DNA from: Rhynchobatus australiae
Lineage: Eukaryota
NCBI GenBank assembly: GCA_034780895.1
Contig: JAUZTB010000072.1
Span: forward strand, 20,616,535 to 20,680,379
Direction of reading: 5' to 3'
DNA length: 63,845 nt
Shown one piece after another: positions 25,080-36,110 of this stretch (the stretch's first letter is position 1; the number at the start of each line of letters is the position of its first letter). The position numbers and the translations under genes are program-made. The notes under the pieces are model-generated. The model was given only the letters and a program-made list of their open reading frames with translations, searched no databases and was not told where the DNA came from.

Positions 25080-25335
25080 AGGACTGCAGGCTTCAGCAAG
25101 ATGCTGGAATGCCACTACCTGCAGCCACATCCATCACAGGTAACGCCTGTCAACTCCACTCTCTGCTGGGAATGAAAGGAATTCCAGTGCCTCAATATTC
25201 AGCTGGCAGTGAATTGTGCCCGTCAACGCCCAGTAAAGCACCACCAGTCACAACGTCTTCATTCTGTGGCAGCTGCATTCCAGCCTCCACAGCAAACTAA
25301 GTGGCGACAACTGGGTGACAAAGGCCCCTGAAGCA
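25080..25335 (+). mobile_element. PIF/Harbinger transposase (HARBI1-like DDE) relic
   Basis: Decayed motifs FQCLNIQL (GFHSLNVQL), VNAQ*STTSHNVFILWQ (YPGSSHDAFIL) and LGDKG occur in order. Confidence 0.65.
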
Positions 25336-25514
25336 CAAATATGTAGCCTGCAGAAAAGAAGAGCAACATGTATGTTGACAGCAGAGTAAGCATGAGATAT
25401 GTGGAGCATATGATTGTGGAACATTAGTCCTGATAGGGAGTGTGACAAAGATGCAATAAACTGAGCAGTGCAGAGAGTGGACGTGCAGGTGGTACAATAT
25501 GACATTTGATGGTG

Positions 25515-25730
25515 CTTTCACTGGCCTTGGTCATTCTAGTAAAGTCACTGAACCTCCTACATCACTGTATTCAGACTCTCAGGGCTCAACTGACCCACGC
25601 CCAAACTTACCAGAGCCATCTGCTCTTTCTGCCTTCTGAACACAAGTGAGGAGAATCTCCTCGCTCTCTGCAGCCACCATATACCACTCCTCCTTGCCAA
25701 TCCCTCCACCACGGCCTCAGCATTACAAAT
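25515..25730 (-). mobile_element. Harbinger Myb/SANT-like second gene relic
   Basis: Minus strand gives EAVVEGLARR and IQ*CRRFSDFTRMTK, resembling LEALV..V..RR and QCRKRFNDL of Harbinger Myb/SANT proteins. Convergent with the transposase relic. Confidence 0.45.
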
Positions 25731-25734
25731 ACAC

Positions 25735-26075
25735 TTCATTCTTAAAATATAGTTATATTATGCAGAATATTGCATTGCCTCAATTCACTGCAACAAGCAC
25801 ATCATTACATTTGCTTACAACAGATACACTATGTCAAGACAGCACTTCCAGCTGAAACATTCCAACAGCAATACATTTAACAGGTTATTTAACAAATTAA
25901 CAGATTACACTGGAGCCCCACCCCTCAGGTGTGCAGTGGCGGGAGGACTCTACATTCTCGTCTTTCCCCGCCAAGCCTTAGCAGCAGCTGCACCAAGCAT
26001 CAGTCCCTCTCAAGTTCTATCATTCTGGAGTTTCCTGGGTCAGGTTCAGTTGTAGAATGCCTGCCAGCACCTGCT
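25735..26075 (-). mobile_element. L1/Tx1-clade LINE 3' end
   Basis: GTCTTTCCCCGCCAAGCCTTAGCAGCAGCTGCACCAAGC is antisense to LGAAAAKAWRGKT, a Tx1 ORF2-type C-terminus, followed by an AT-rich 3' UTR. Confidence 0.6.
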
Positions 26076-26889
26076 CCAGTTACAAAGCCTTATCCCTTTA
26101 AGCTGTTCTGGCTAGCTTTAAGCAATGCAGATTGACCGTAACTGCTCCCAGCCATCACAGTATAGTTCCCCTGACAATGAACATCATGCTCAGTGTTGGC
26201 TGGACACTACAGCATTATAATTAGCAGGCAGCACATTATTGGTTTGCCACCTGCATTACAATGAATGGGCAGGAGTTAATTGCACTGTGATTCCTGTGCC
26301 CAATTTCAGGGTTATCAAAGTACCCCCCACCCCCGAGTAAAAACATATCACCCTGTCACAGGAAATTTTACTCATGCAGCTTTATTTTAAAGTAATAATA
26401 TCTAAACTAATGCAAGCCACCCTAGTTCTGTCTGACCAAAGTCCTTTCATAGTCCTTAACCCATATCTCCATTTGATGCAATCTAGTAATTAAGGAGTTA
26501 AAATCACCCCCAGGTCATCATCCCCTCATCTTCTGCTTCAAGAGTGCAAGTTTTCCTTTCATGGAATGAAAACAATGACTCTGTGAAACAAAAGACACAG
26601 CCCAAGAACAGCTGGCATCCAGGCAGCTTGGAGAATATAAAAAAGACAGCTTAAAATAAATCCTTTGGCCTATGCCATGACAGAGGCTGTTTTGTCTGCT
26701 TGGATTGTACCTTGTCTGTAGTTTTTTTGAGGCAATCTTGGAAGAAGAAGAAATGGTGTTTATTTTTGTCCATCCTCTCTGTTAGAGTCCTAAATGTTGA
26801 TATGTTGCAGATCCAAACGTGCTCAAACTTAGTACAGCCCCAGTGGGGATACAGCAGTTGAAACAAAAGCAAGGCATGATTCACATCCT

Positions 26890-27490
26890 AACAAGTCATT
26901 GGGAAGAGGAAAAGAGAAGCAATGAGAGAAAGTGAAAGTACTGAGAGCAAAGAACAAAGACAAGCCCAGAAATGGGATGTTGTTCAGACACTTCAAATCT
27001 GCAGCACCAAACAATATCTTGTTCAAATTGGAGGAAAAGTCAGAAATGTCCACATTGGCCGACTGACTGCTATGAAAGATGTGCCAGAACATATTGGAGA
27101 AATATGTGGTGACAGTTTATTCCAAAAATAGATAGAAAACCAACCACTGAAGAGGAGACATGGATTAACAGAGTCGAGTTGGAAAGCAGCATGGTCTGTG
27201 GATCAGGAAACAACAACAACGCCAGAAACCCAAACAAAGCTATGATGGTCCAAGAAAGTCAATCGGCTGAACCTATGGTTGTCTGAAATATCCTTTCAAA
27301 GAGGGAAAGCAGTGTGGTAAAGCTACATGTAAGTATCTAAATGATTCATACAGGCACATTATGTAATGATGTAAGTGTACATATGACACAAGTTCCCATG
27401 ATATTGCTGTTAGCCCTTAATAAAGAGTTAATACATGTTCTTAAGCTCCAGGTGTCTCATACAATTTATTTAAAGCAGCACTCATCAACT
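26890..27490 (+). mobile_element. Gypsy-type LTR retrotransposon 3' end with polypurine tract and 3' LTR
   Basis: Integrase C-terminal-like peptide KW.VV..ICSTKQYLVQIGGKVRNVHIGRL. Purine tract AAAGAGGGAAAGCAG (27298-27312) is followed immediately by TG (27313), with AATAAA at 27419. Confidence 0.55.
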
Positions 27491-30109
27491 CTGCAATTGT
27501 TGCACACAAACTAACAAACTACATTAATAAACCTACATATTCACGGAATTAATAATACTTATATTCACCAGGTAGAGAATAGGAAAGTTAGAGAGTATAC
27601 CTCAGTGCTAAGATTTGACAAAACATTGAGAGCACGATGCTCAGTATATTACCCAAAACCCTTAAAAATGCTAATACTTAAAAAACTACTCTGCTAGCCA
27701 ACCTTTTTCCAGTAATATAGGGCTACTGTGAAATTAATTGTCATAGCAGTTACCTGACAGTGAACAAGATTAGAAGATATTATCGTCCTTTTACTTGGTC
27801 AGATTTCTAGGGCAGTGTGACACTGAAGCACTGCTACACTGATCAGCTGCATAACTGCAATGTATCCCCGTGAAAAAAAAGTGACAAGTGTCTCACTTCA
27901 CCAACACCAATACTGATCATTACCTCTGAGTAGAGTGTGAAGTCAATTCAGGACCTACTTTTGCACATTTGTCTTGGTACTGTGCAATTAACAAAACATG
28001 TACAAGAAGGACTACTGCAATTCTTCCCCACTATTGGTAACTGCTTTGATTGTGACAGTAGTATATTGAACATTGAAAATACAGCATTAACCAGATATAA
28101 ACTATTTTCAATTTCAAAAGAAAGTTAATTTAACAGTTCTCTTTTATCAATCTGCTTTAAAGCACTGGAACTATTTTTATATTTTCTGGTGGGGGGAGAA
28201 CCTTCAAATGCTGTCCAATTTGTAATAAGGCCAACCCCAGCACACTCCCTTTTACATAATCCATGTCGGACAAAATCTATAATGGGATAGATTCCAAAAG
28301 ATTTTCAACTAATCGCTAAAAGCATTAATGAATGGCCACATAATTTGAATAAATCCATTCACAGACAAATACAAGCACAAAGGTCACAATTCCACATTGA
28401 GCTAGCTCTCTAGAATACTGTAGCTACCTCCATTTAACAGGCTAACCTCTCACAACACAGTCTCAAAGGGGCCACCACAGATTGACTCAATGGCTGGGCT
28501 ACATATTGAGATAAAAGGCATGTATAGTCCATAGTGTCTGGTTATGGATAACACTAAGTATGAAAAATTTACATTTGCTCTGAGCCACGGTAGATGAGAC
28601 TTTCCGAGTAGCAGAAAATCTCAGCAGTTAGATGTTTTGTAATTGTTCAAATGACTCTGAACGATCTCTTTGCTTTTCCCAGCTTCACTACCATCAAATA
28701 TGTTGGAAATGCAGGATGTACTAAAACTAAAGGTTGACCTTTTAACCTACTGTAAATCTCTTTAAACCAAGCTTTTGGCATGGTGCTGCAAATCACTATC
28801 TGATGCTCAATGGAGGCTTTATGCAGGACATGTCCATGTAGATCAAACAAATGCAATGAGTTTTACACTGTTGATGCAGGTTGGCCGGATCCAAATATTC
28901 AAAAACATAATATTTAATATTGTCCAGTAAAACATACATGTCACATCCCCAATGCATGAGAGATTAAAATCAAGCTAATGAACCCACCAATCAATATTTA
29001 ACCAGACAGTTGCCTCAAAATTGGGTTTCACTTATTTTTGGCGCACTATGTCACTATTAGACATAGCATTAACTCCTAACCATTTCTACTAGCCTGAGAG
29101 GTCTGAATCAGCACTACAGTGGTTTACTTCCTGAACGGTGTACCAAAGGGAACCTGCACTTTTGCAAATGGGAGCCACAGGAACTGCTGCCATTGCCACT
29201 TCCTTGCTGAACTATGTATTGGGAAAGTTGGTAAACATCAAAAGGGCCAAATTTGCCAAAGCAGTCACAGCCAATCTCCAATAAAGGGGAGGGAACACAG
29301 TGATTATCAGTATGTCTACTGATATGTATCAGTGTCAGCATGCAAGACTGACTGCCTTGCTTGCTGCAGCAAGGTGCAGAAAGATCAGTCAGGTCAACAT
29401 CCCACTGTGATGCATTGAGGTGCATAAAGCTAAAAGGCTGTGAACAAAGAGAGGAAGGGGAAAATGATTGCGGAAATATTTTGACAAGTGAAAGACATGT
29501 CTAGTAGATGCTTTGATCAACAAAACAACATCAGAATGAATTTCCCTTAATTCTCATCTGATTGAGAATTTCAGCACAACATGCTCCTTGTCTTTTCATG
29601 TCTGTTCCATGACAATTGTCACTTGAGTTCCCATTCACGTCGGCAAGGATGGAAATGAGCGCTACATAAACACTGATGACATTAGATGCACATCTGACGC
29701 CAGGAAAACACTGGCTGTGCTCAAATGAAATACCTGCTCAATTTACTAACAAGTGCAATTTCACCCAGACCGAGTTAAATCACAATGATGCAAGATTCCC
29801 ACATTAAAAAGGGTGCTAAATTCATCCAATTTCTAAACCAGTCTCTTTAACAGTGGTTTGTTTTTACAAAAATGACTAAAAAGGAAGTATACTTGCCTAA
29901 AATTTCAACCCCAGTCAGTTTCTGTGAAAATGCAATAACTCACATCAGTGTGCTTTTTTTTTGTAAAGTCTGAAGTCGGGTTGGGGTCTAAATAGCCAAC
30001 ATATTTAATATATTTTCTCACAAATTATGAGATCGTTCAGCCCATCGTCTATGTCAGTTCTTGGAGCAATCCCATTCCACCACTTGCACGAAAGACTGTC
30101 ATCCAAGCC

Positions 30110-30248
30110 CCCCACCCACTGTAACTGCGACCTGCATCGCCCCGTTGCCAGTCACTACAGCTCCCCCTCCCACACTATCACCGACACGGTCTCCTCCACT
30201 GCCAGGAGAATTCCAAGCACAAACTGGAGGAATAGCTCCTCATTTGAG
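30110..30248 (+). mobile_element. Penelope-like element GIY-YIG endonuclease C-terminal relic
   Basis: DLHRPVASHYSSPSHT, then after a frameshift LLHCQENSKHKLEE*LLI, matching the PVA.HFNSPSH...LLHC..E..RKLEEQHLI C-terminus of vertebrate Penelope ORFs. Confidence 0.7.
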
Positions 30249-30346
30249 AAATGTTGAGAGGGATAGATACACAGCCACCACCTCTTTCCCAGGGCACCAA
30301 TGCTCAAGACAAGTGGTCATGGATTTAAAATAATGGGGGGGATGTT
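30249..30346 (+). mobile_element. CR1 LINE fragment between the two Penelope pieces
   Basis: MLRGIDT..LFPRAPMLKTSGHGFKIMGG, the same CR1 C-terminal motif as at 17474-17725. Runs into an N-gap. Confidence 0.65.
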
Positions 30347-30446
30347 NNNNNNNNNNNNNNNNNNNNNNNNNNNNNNNNNNNNNNNNNNNNNNNNNNNNNN
30401 NNNNNNNNNNNNNNNNNNNNNNNNNNNNNNNNNNNNNNNNNNNNNN

Positions 30447-30830
30447 CCCCCCCAACCATATTGCTTCTCTTCTTCCCTTTCCTAGCCTTTCTTTTTTCTA
30501 CCATTTCTTTCCTCTCCCTCTTTACTTTTGACCCATCCCCCGGTGGGTCTGCTCTCCCCTCCTCCCCCACACTTGCCCATCACTATCTCTTACCTGCATC
30601 TACCTATCTCCACCTTGTGCCCACCCTGCCTCCCCTCTTTTGTCCACCTATCACTGCCCTGCTTTTCCCTCCTATATATTGGGATTCCCCTTCTCCTGTC
30701 TCCAGTCCTGAAGAAGGGTCCTGATCCGAAACATTGACCGCCTGCTTTTCTCCACGGATGCTGCCTGGTCTGCTGAGTTCCTCCAGCATCACAGTGTTTT
30801 TCATCTAGATTCCAGCATCTGCAGTCCTTT
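30447..30830 (+). mobile_element. Penelope-like terminal repeat (best-preserved copy)
   Basis: Long C/T-rich tract, hammerhead block, then GATGCTGCCTGGTCTGCTGAGTTCCTCCAGCA..AGATTCCAGCATCTGCAGTC. Lies downstream of a GIY-YIG relic. Confidence 0.8.
30703..30740 (+). ncRNA. Minimal type I hammerhead ribozyme motif (Penelope-associated)
   Basis: CAGUC (stem I) - CUGAAGA core - A - GGGUC/cu/GAUCC (stem II) - GAAA - CA - UU - GACCG (stem I, one mismatch). Activity untested; CpG decay has altered stem III. Confidence 0.65.
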
Positions 30831-33674
30831 TCCCCACCCATTTTATCCCCTCCACTCTATCAGACCCTACAGTCCACAAATGAACAGGCAAGAACTGAAG
30901 GAGACAAGTATAATCCCACTAGACAACAGTAGAGGAAACCTCTAGAAGACTGGTTTTCACTGCACATGAAGAAAGATAAGAAGAACCAAATACACAAATT
31001 AAATACATAATGCACTCTGTCAAATATATAAAGGGTCAGAATGGAGAGAAAAAACAAGCTTCAGGCACTCTTTCATTTTATTGCAATGATTAAGTCACAG
31101 AATCAAAGAAACTGGAGTAGCACGTTCACTGTCTGGGGCCTATTCCACTATTTAATTAGATCACAGCTTTTTTTTTACACAATTTGTTTTACCCAACTCA
31201 TTTCACAGAGGACAGAACTTTGACATTTTGTACTAGGAATTTCCACTATTATAGAGAGCATGTTGTACTGAAAAGGATTTCAAGTTTAGATCATTGACAT
31301 CACTGTATCCAAATATACTATGCCAGCAGTTACATGATGGGATTGGAGTTGTAGTGAACAATATTGTAGGGCAACATTGTAGTGAATACACTATTGTTTC
31401 TAATGTTCTATGTTTAGGAAGTGAAAATGTGCCACTATTCACACTCCTAGTAGCTATATAGTGACGATGGTTTTGTGCATGTATGGGCACACAGGAAGCA
31501 AGCAAGGGACTGAACACAGCTGTGTTTCCGCTCACACAGAAGTCAGGAATAGTCTTGGCTGCAATACCACCTGTGGTCAAACAGTCTGCTGACATTCACT
31601 GTACAGGTTCACACATCAAGAATGGGGCAACTGGGTGTGGTCTGAGCCCTGCCCAAGAAAGTTACACAATCAAGAATGTTTTAAAATAAAACAGAGCAAT
31701 GGTTCACTAGATTTTAATGCCACGCTGGCAGAGGTAGGTTGTTCATTCGTTTAAAAAATGAATTTACCTCCCTGAGGTCCCTCCTCCCTCCTCCGCAGCT
31801 GGAGAAGCTGTTAAAAGAGGAGGCATTTCCTGTGTTTGAGATTTTTTGTGAATTCTTGGCATGCTATAGGGATGGGCTGTAAGATGATCTTGATTGCCAG
31901 CCAAAACTCAATGCTTAGATGAATAAAGGCCTACAGACTTCAGAGGCAATGTGTAACACGCAACCTTATACCACTGTGGTTTCAGCTTCACCATTGTCAT
32001 TAATGCAGATCAAAGCAGCTAACAAGACAATTTTTCGTAACTCTAGGGCTAGTGCAGCAGAATTTGTATTTTTGTGGGAATCTGTGTCTCATCAGGTTCA
32101 AGTGAAACAGACATATTGTTTCAGACTACAATTAAGCAATTCAAACTGCAATTCAGACCAGCAATTAAGTGGTGCAATAAATAAATTTACACATGATTTT
32201 GAAGGAGTGTATCTGAGACATTTTAATTTAAGTGGATTTGTGTTGCGTTAAAGGTGATCATTAAGGGAAGATACCACCAGCACAATGCAGATTTTAAAAT
32301 CCATACATCATTCGAACATCTTACCAACAAATTACATGAATGCATCTCAAGATAATTTAAAAGCAAAAATAAAATTAGCTTTATACTCAAATTTGATGGA
32401 TCCTTCTATGGGTCAGATTTGTAAAATTCAAAATATTTTACACACTTTTAATATTCTGTTCTAGAAATTCAGGTACAGAAGCAATACTGGACCAATTGCA
32501 GTGCGGCAGAAAGCATTTCTAATGTAGCCCGATACCGTAAAATTCAACTGTGCTCTAGGCCAGTGGTGTCAGGCACTTCTGAACTAGAGTTGCACTATTT
32601 CCTTGTTTGCTGCAGAAATGCTATCTGGACCTGAGGTCATATTGGTTATTGGGTGGGAAAAAAAGATTGAAGTATATAAAGTGGTCTCAGAGATTGGGTG
32701 GGATCAGAGGTCAGGACTGGAGACAAGATTGGGCAAGGTGGGGGAAATTGTTTTGGGCTAGGGTAAATATTGTTGTGGTGATGGGAGGTGAAGGCAGAAG
32801 AAGCCAATAATGGTCCCTCCAGGGACAATATGGACTCAATTCCCTGGCCACTATAGAAGGAGTGTTTGTATACTGAATGAAGTTATTTGATACAGGTCTG
32901 ATGCAGTAATCACATTAAACACACAATCTCAACTCATGCAAGGAAGTGTCCAGTCAAATTTCCAGACTGATGCAAGACAACCCAGAAATGGTCTTTAGTG
33001 CACTTCACTCTGGGGAAAGTGCACCTTTAATAGCCGGAAATAGCCAGCACCATACAATTGAATTTCTGGGCCAAAAGATCTTCCTCATGAATTTTGCTAC
33101 CATTTCTACTTCATCCCATTTGAAGAGTCTTGCAGGATATACTGTCTGTCTCATTTGTTTTTTCTAGGAAAAACAATTTTCACATTTATATTGATAATTA
33201 TGCTCAAATGGCAGCCACAGAATTCCTTTGAGGGCATTAATCATTCTTTATCTGTGAACTACTTTAGTCATTATAGATTCAATTGTATGTGCTTGGCAGA
33301 GTGCTTAGTAACAGCTTAACACACTTTGTGCAAGTAGAATTTAGCAAATCACTCTCTGCAGCCAGTTATCTTGGCACAGTCACACTGACACCCCTAATCC
33401 AACAGTTAAAATAGCAACAATTTAGAAATTCTTCTCGTTTGAGTTGATGATACAAAGCCACGTGCTGACAAAAAGCACAAAGCAAGAGAAAAGCTGAATC
33501 AGGCAACAAGTGAAAATGAACAAAAAAGATATGGGCTGTCCCTGGGTTAACAGATTCCAAAATTAACTCCCGAAGTTAATTTTGTCTGTAAGTCAGAAAA
33601 CAAAAATCACTTGCTATGATAACCATTGTGCAGAATATTGTAATGAACAGCATCAAAAGGCACATAGGACTGGT

Positions 33675-33869
33675 GAGAGAGAGAGAGAGAGAGAACGAGA
33701 GAGAGAGAGAACGAGAGAGAGAGAGAACGAGAGAGAGAGAGAACGAGAGAGAGAGAGNNNNNNNNNNNNNNNNNNNNNNNNNNNNNNNNNNNNNNNNNNN
33801 NNNNNNNNNNNNNNNNNNNNNNNNNNNNNNNNNNNNNNNNNNNNNNNNNNNNNNNNNAGAGAGAGAGAG

Positions 33870-33912
<43 letters not shown>
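33675..33912 (+). repeat. Compound (GA)n microsatellite with interspersed AC units, spanning an N-gap
   Basis: Read directly. Explains the ER- and LS-repeat ORFs. Confidence 0.95.
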
Positions 33913-33914
<2 letters not shown>

Positions 33915-33967
33915 ATCTGTTCGTGAGGGTGCCTGTAAGTTGGATGTTTGAAACTCAGGGACACCCT

Positions 33968-34040
33968 GTACTGCACATGCTGAAAATCCAAAACAAAAAT
34001 AGAAAAGTACCTTATCCAGCACCTGTGGAGAATATAATGT
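33968..34040 (-). mobile_element. Penelope-like repeat tail fragment
   Basis: TACTGCACATGCTGAAAATCC..AAAAATAGAAAAG..CAGCACCTGTGGAGA, antisense to the repeat tail. Confidence 0.45.
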
Positions 34041-34849
34041 TTTGGATGTGCAGGCTGTTGGGCCTTGACAATGACCCCACAAAACTGAGACATTGATTTG
34101 TCTGATCTATTCCTAATGCCCCTTGACTTGCTGAAATGTTCCAACAACTAAAATAATAGTTTAATAACTCTTAAAAAGTGCAGAATACAATTGAAACATT
34201 TTATAATGAGGATATAATACAAATGATCGAAATTTCAGCAGCCTCTCTTTAACTCATTTTCTAAAAGGTTAAAGTGAGAAATTCATCTTTAGTTGCTCAC
34301 TCTATATGAATGTGAGAGCATTAACTGCTGGTAGTGCCTACCTCCCAATACTCGATTCTACTGAAGTCAATATAACTGTACGTGTGGAGATAGGCACGAC
34401 TGCGGGGATAAGTAGAAGTGCCTGTTACCTTCACATGCATGTAGCTCATAGAACCTGGGATGAATTCTCCCTGAAAACCACGGGAGACCCTCTGACANNN
34501 NNNNNNNNNNNNNNNNNNNNNNNNNNNNNNNNNNNNNNNNNNNNNNNNNNNNNNNNNNNNNNNNNNNNNNNNNNNNNNNNNNNNNNNNNNNNNNNNNNNN
34601 NNNNNNNNNNNNNNNNNNNNNNNNNNNNNNNNNNNNNNNNNNNNNNNNNNNNNNNNNNNNNNNNNNNNNNNNNNNNNNNNNNNNNNNNNNNNNNNNNNNN
34701 NNNNNNNNNNNNNNNNNNNNNNNNNNNNNNNNNNNNNNNNNNNNNNNNNNNNNNNNNNNNNNNNNNNNNNNNNNNNNNNNNNNNNNNNNNNNNCCCAACT
34801 AGGGATGTAAGGCCAAATTATAGCATTGCAATTCCTACCTGGGTGAGAC

Positions 34850-35070
34850 CTTTCACCCCTTACTCACCAAAGAGTAATCTCTCACTGCCTTAAAAATATT
34901 AGAAGACTCTGTTCCACAAAGGGCTGTGGAAACAAGAGTTCCAAAGAGTCATAACCCTCTGAGAAAATAATTCTCCTCATTTCAGTCTAAATTATTTGAA
35001 ATAATAACCCCAAAATCTGGATTCTCCTGCAGGAGAAACATCCTCTCCACTTCCATCCTGTCAAGACACC
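34850..35070 (-). mobile_element. CR1 LINE 3' fragment
   Basis: GAGTTCCAAAGAGTCATAACCCTCTGAGAAAA (antisense to FSQRVMTLWNS) and GAAACATCCTCTCC..TCCATCCTGTCAAG. Confidence 0.6.
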
Positions 35071-35294
35071 AGGGCATTCCCAGTGGGAGACAAACTTAAC
35101 GAAGGAAGACATTCAGCAGCAGCAGTTCTCCACACATGAACCTACTTCAAATACAGTCTCCTGAGGTACTGGTACCTCTCCTGAGGTAAAAGGTATTAGG
35201 TATTTTTGTCAAAAAATTTTATGGTTATGGGATAAGGATGGAAAATTATTAATAAAATTTTAAAAAACCTTGCAATGATATCCATTTTAACCCC

Positions 35295-35540
35295 AGGTTT
35301 AGACTCAAGGCCAGCTTCGATCCCACTGTTATCAGACTCTTGAACATACCTCTCATGCACTAAAAGGTGAACTCTTGATCTCCCAATCTACCTCATCGTG
35401 GCCATTGCACTTTGTTTTTTTTAAACCTGCACTGTACTTTATCCTTAATTGTAATACTGTATTGTGCATTCTGTTTTCCATTTTTTACTGATATATGTAA
35501 TGATCTGTCTGGATGGCACGCAAACAGAAGCTTTTCACAA
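35295..35540 (+). mobile_element. Rex1/Babar-type LINE 3' end
   Basis: AGACTCAAGGCCAGCTTCGATCCCACTGTTATCAGACTCTTGAAC translates RLKASFDPTVIRLLN (RLKNSFFP.AIRLLN type), followed by a UTR ending AAGCTTTTCAC. Confidence 0.65.
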
Positions 35541-35624
35541 AAGCCTTGTGAGAACAGAAGTGTCTACAATCACTTAAGCCCTTGATCCATCAGCCTGATC
35601 AGACAGGGAGTTTGAGGCCAGTGT

Positions 35625-35690
35625 ACATCAGCCATGATCAAACCGAATGGCAGGACAGGTTCTAGGGCCTACTCCTGCTCCTGTTTTTTT
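35625..35690 (+). mobile_element. CR1 3' tail fragment
   Basis: ATCAGCCATGATC..GAATGGCAG..GGCCTACTCCTGCTCCT. Confidence 0.6.
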
Positions 35691-35959
35691 CCATTGTTGT
35701 GATGCTGCTGTTGATTGCATGGTTTGAGGGCACAGTGGCCATGGGGTTTGATTGTCCCAATCCATTGGTCTGGGAAGACCCACGCGCTGTTACCCCTCTC
35801 TCCTACCTCCCCATTTTCCTGCAATTTCCCCCTTGATCCATCCTCCCTCCAGCATCATCTCAAGAGAGGGGCAGCACATGAATATGCAACAACTGCAGGT
35901 TGAGTTTTGATGTCCTTATAGGGGACCTAACCTCAAGAACAATCTCTTGAAGTATTGTC

Positions 35960-36110
35960 TGTAACAAAGCAAATTACCCCAAGGCATTTCAAAGGATCAT
36001 TATCAAACCAAGTCATCTGACAAGATATTGGGACTGATCAAAGGAGCAGGTTTTAAGGAGACAATTTAAAGGGGGGGAGAAAATAAATTGAGAAATGGAG
36101 AGATATTACT
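35960..36110 (-). mobile_element. L2 LINE 3' end, decayed
   Basis: CCCAAGGCATTTCA..TTATCAAAC..AGATATTGGGAC..CAGGTTTTAAGGAG..TTAAAG, collinear with the remembered L2 3' end in antisense. Confidence 0.5.

Noticed and set aside
29674-29698. TGATGA...CTGA, box C/D-like pair
   Set aside because: Boxes are only about 14 nt apart, too short for a snoRNA.
33576-34147. Long ORFs with ER or LS repeats
   Set aside because: Translations of the GA microsatellite plus an N-gap.
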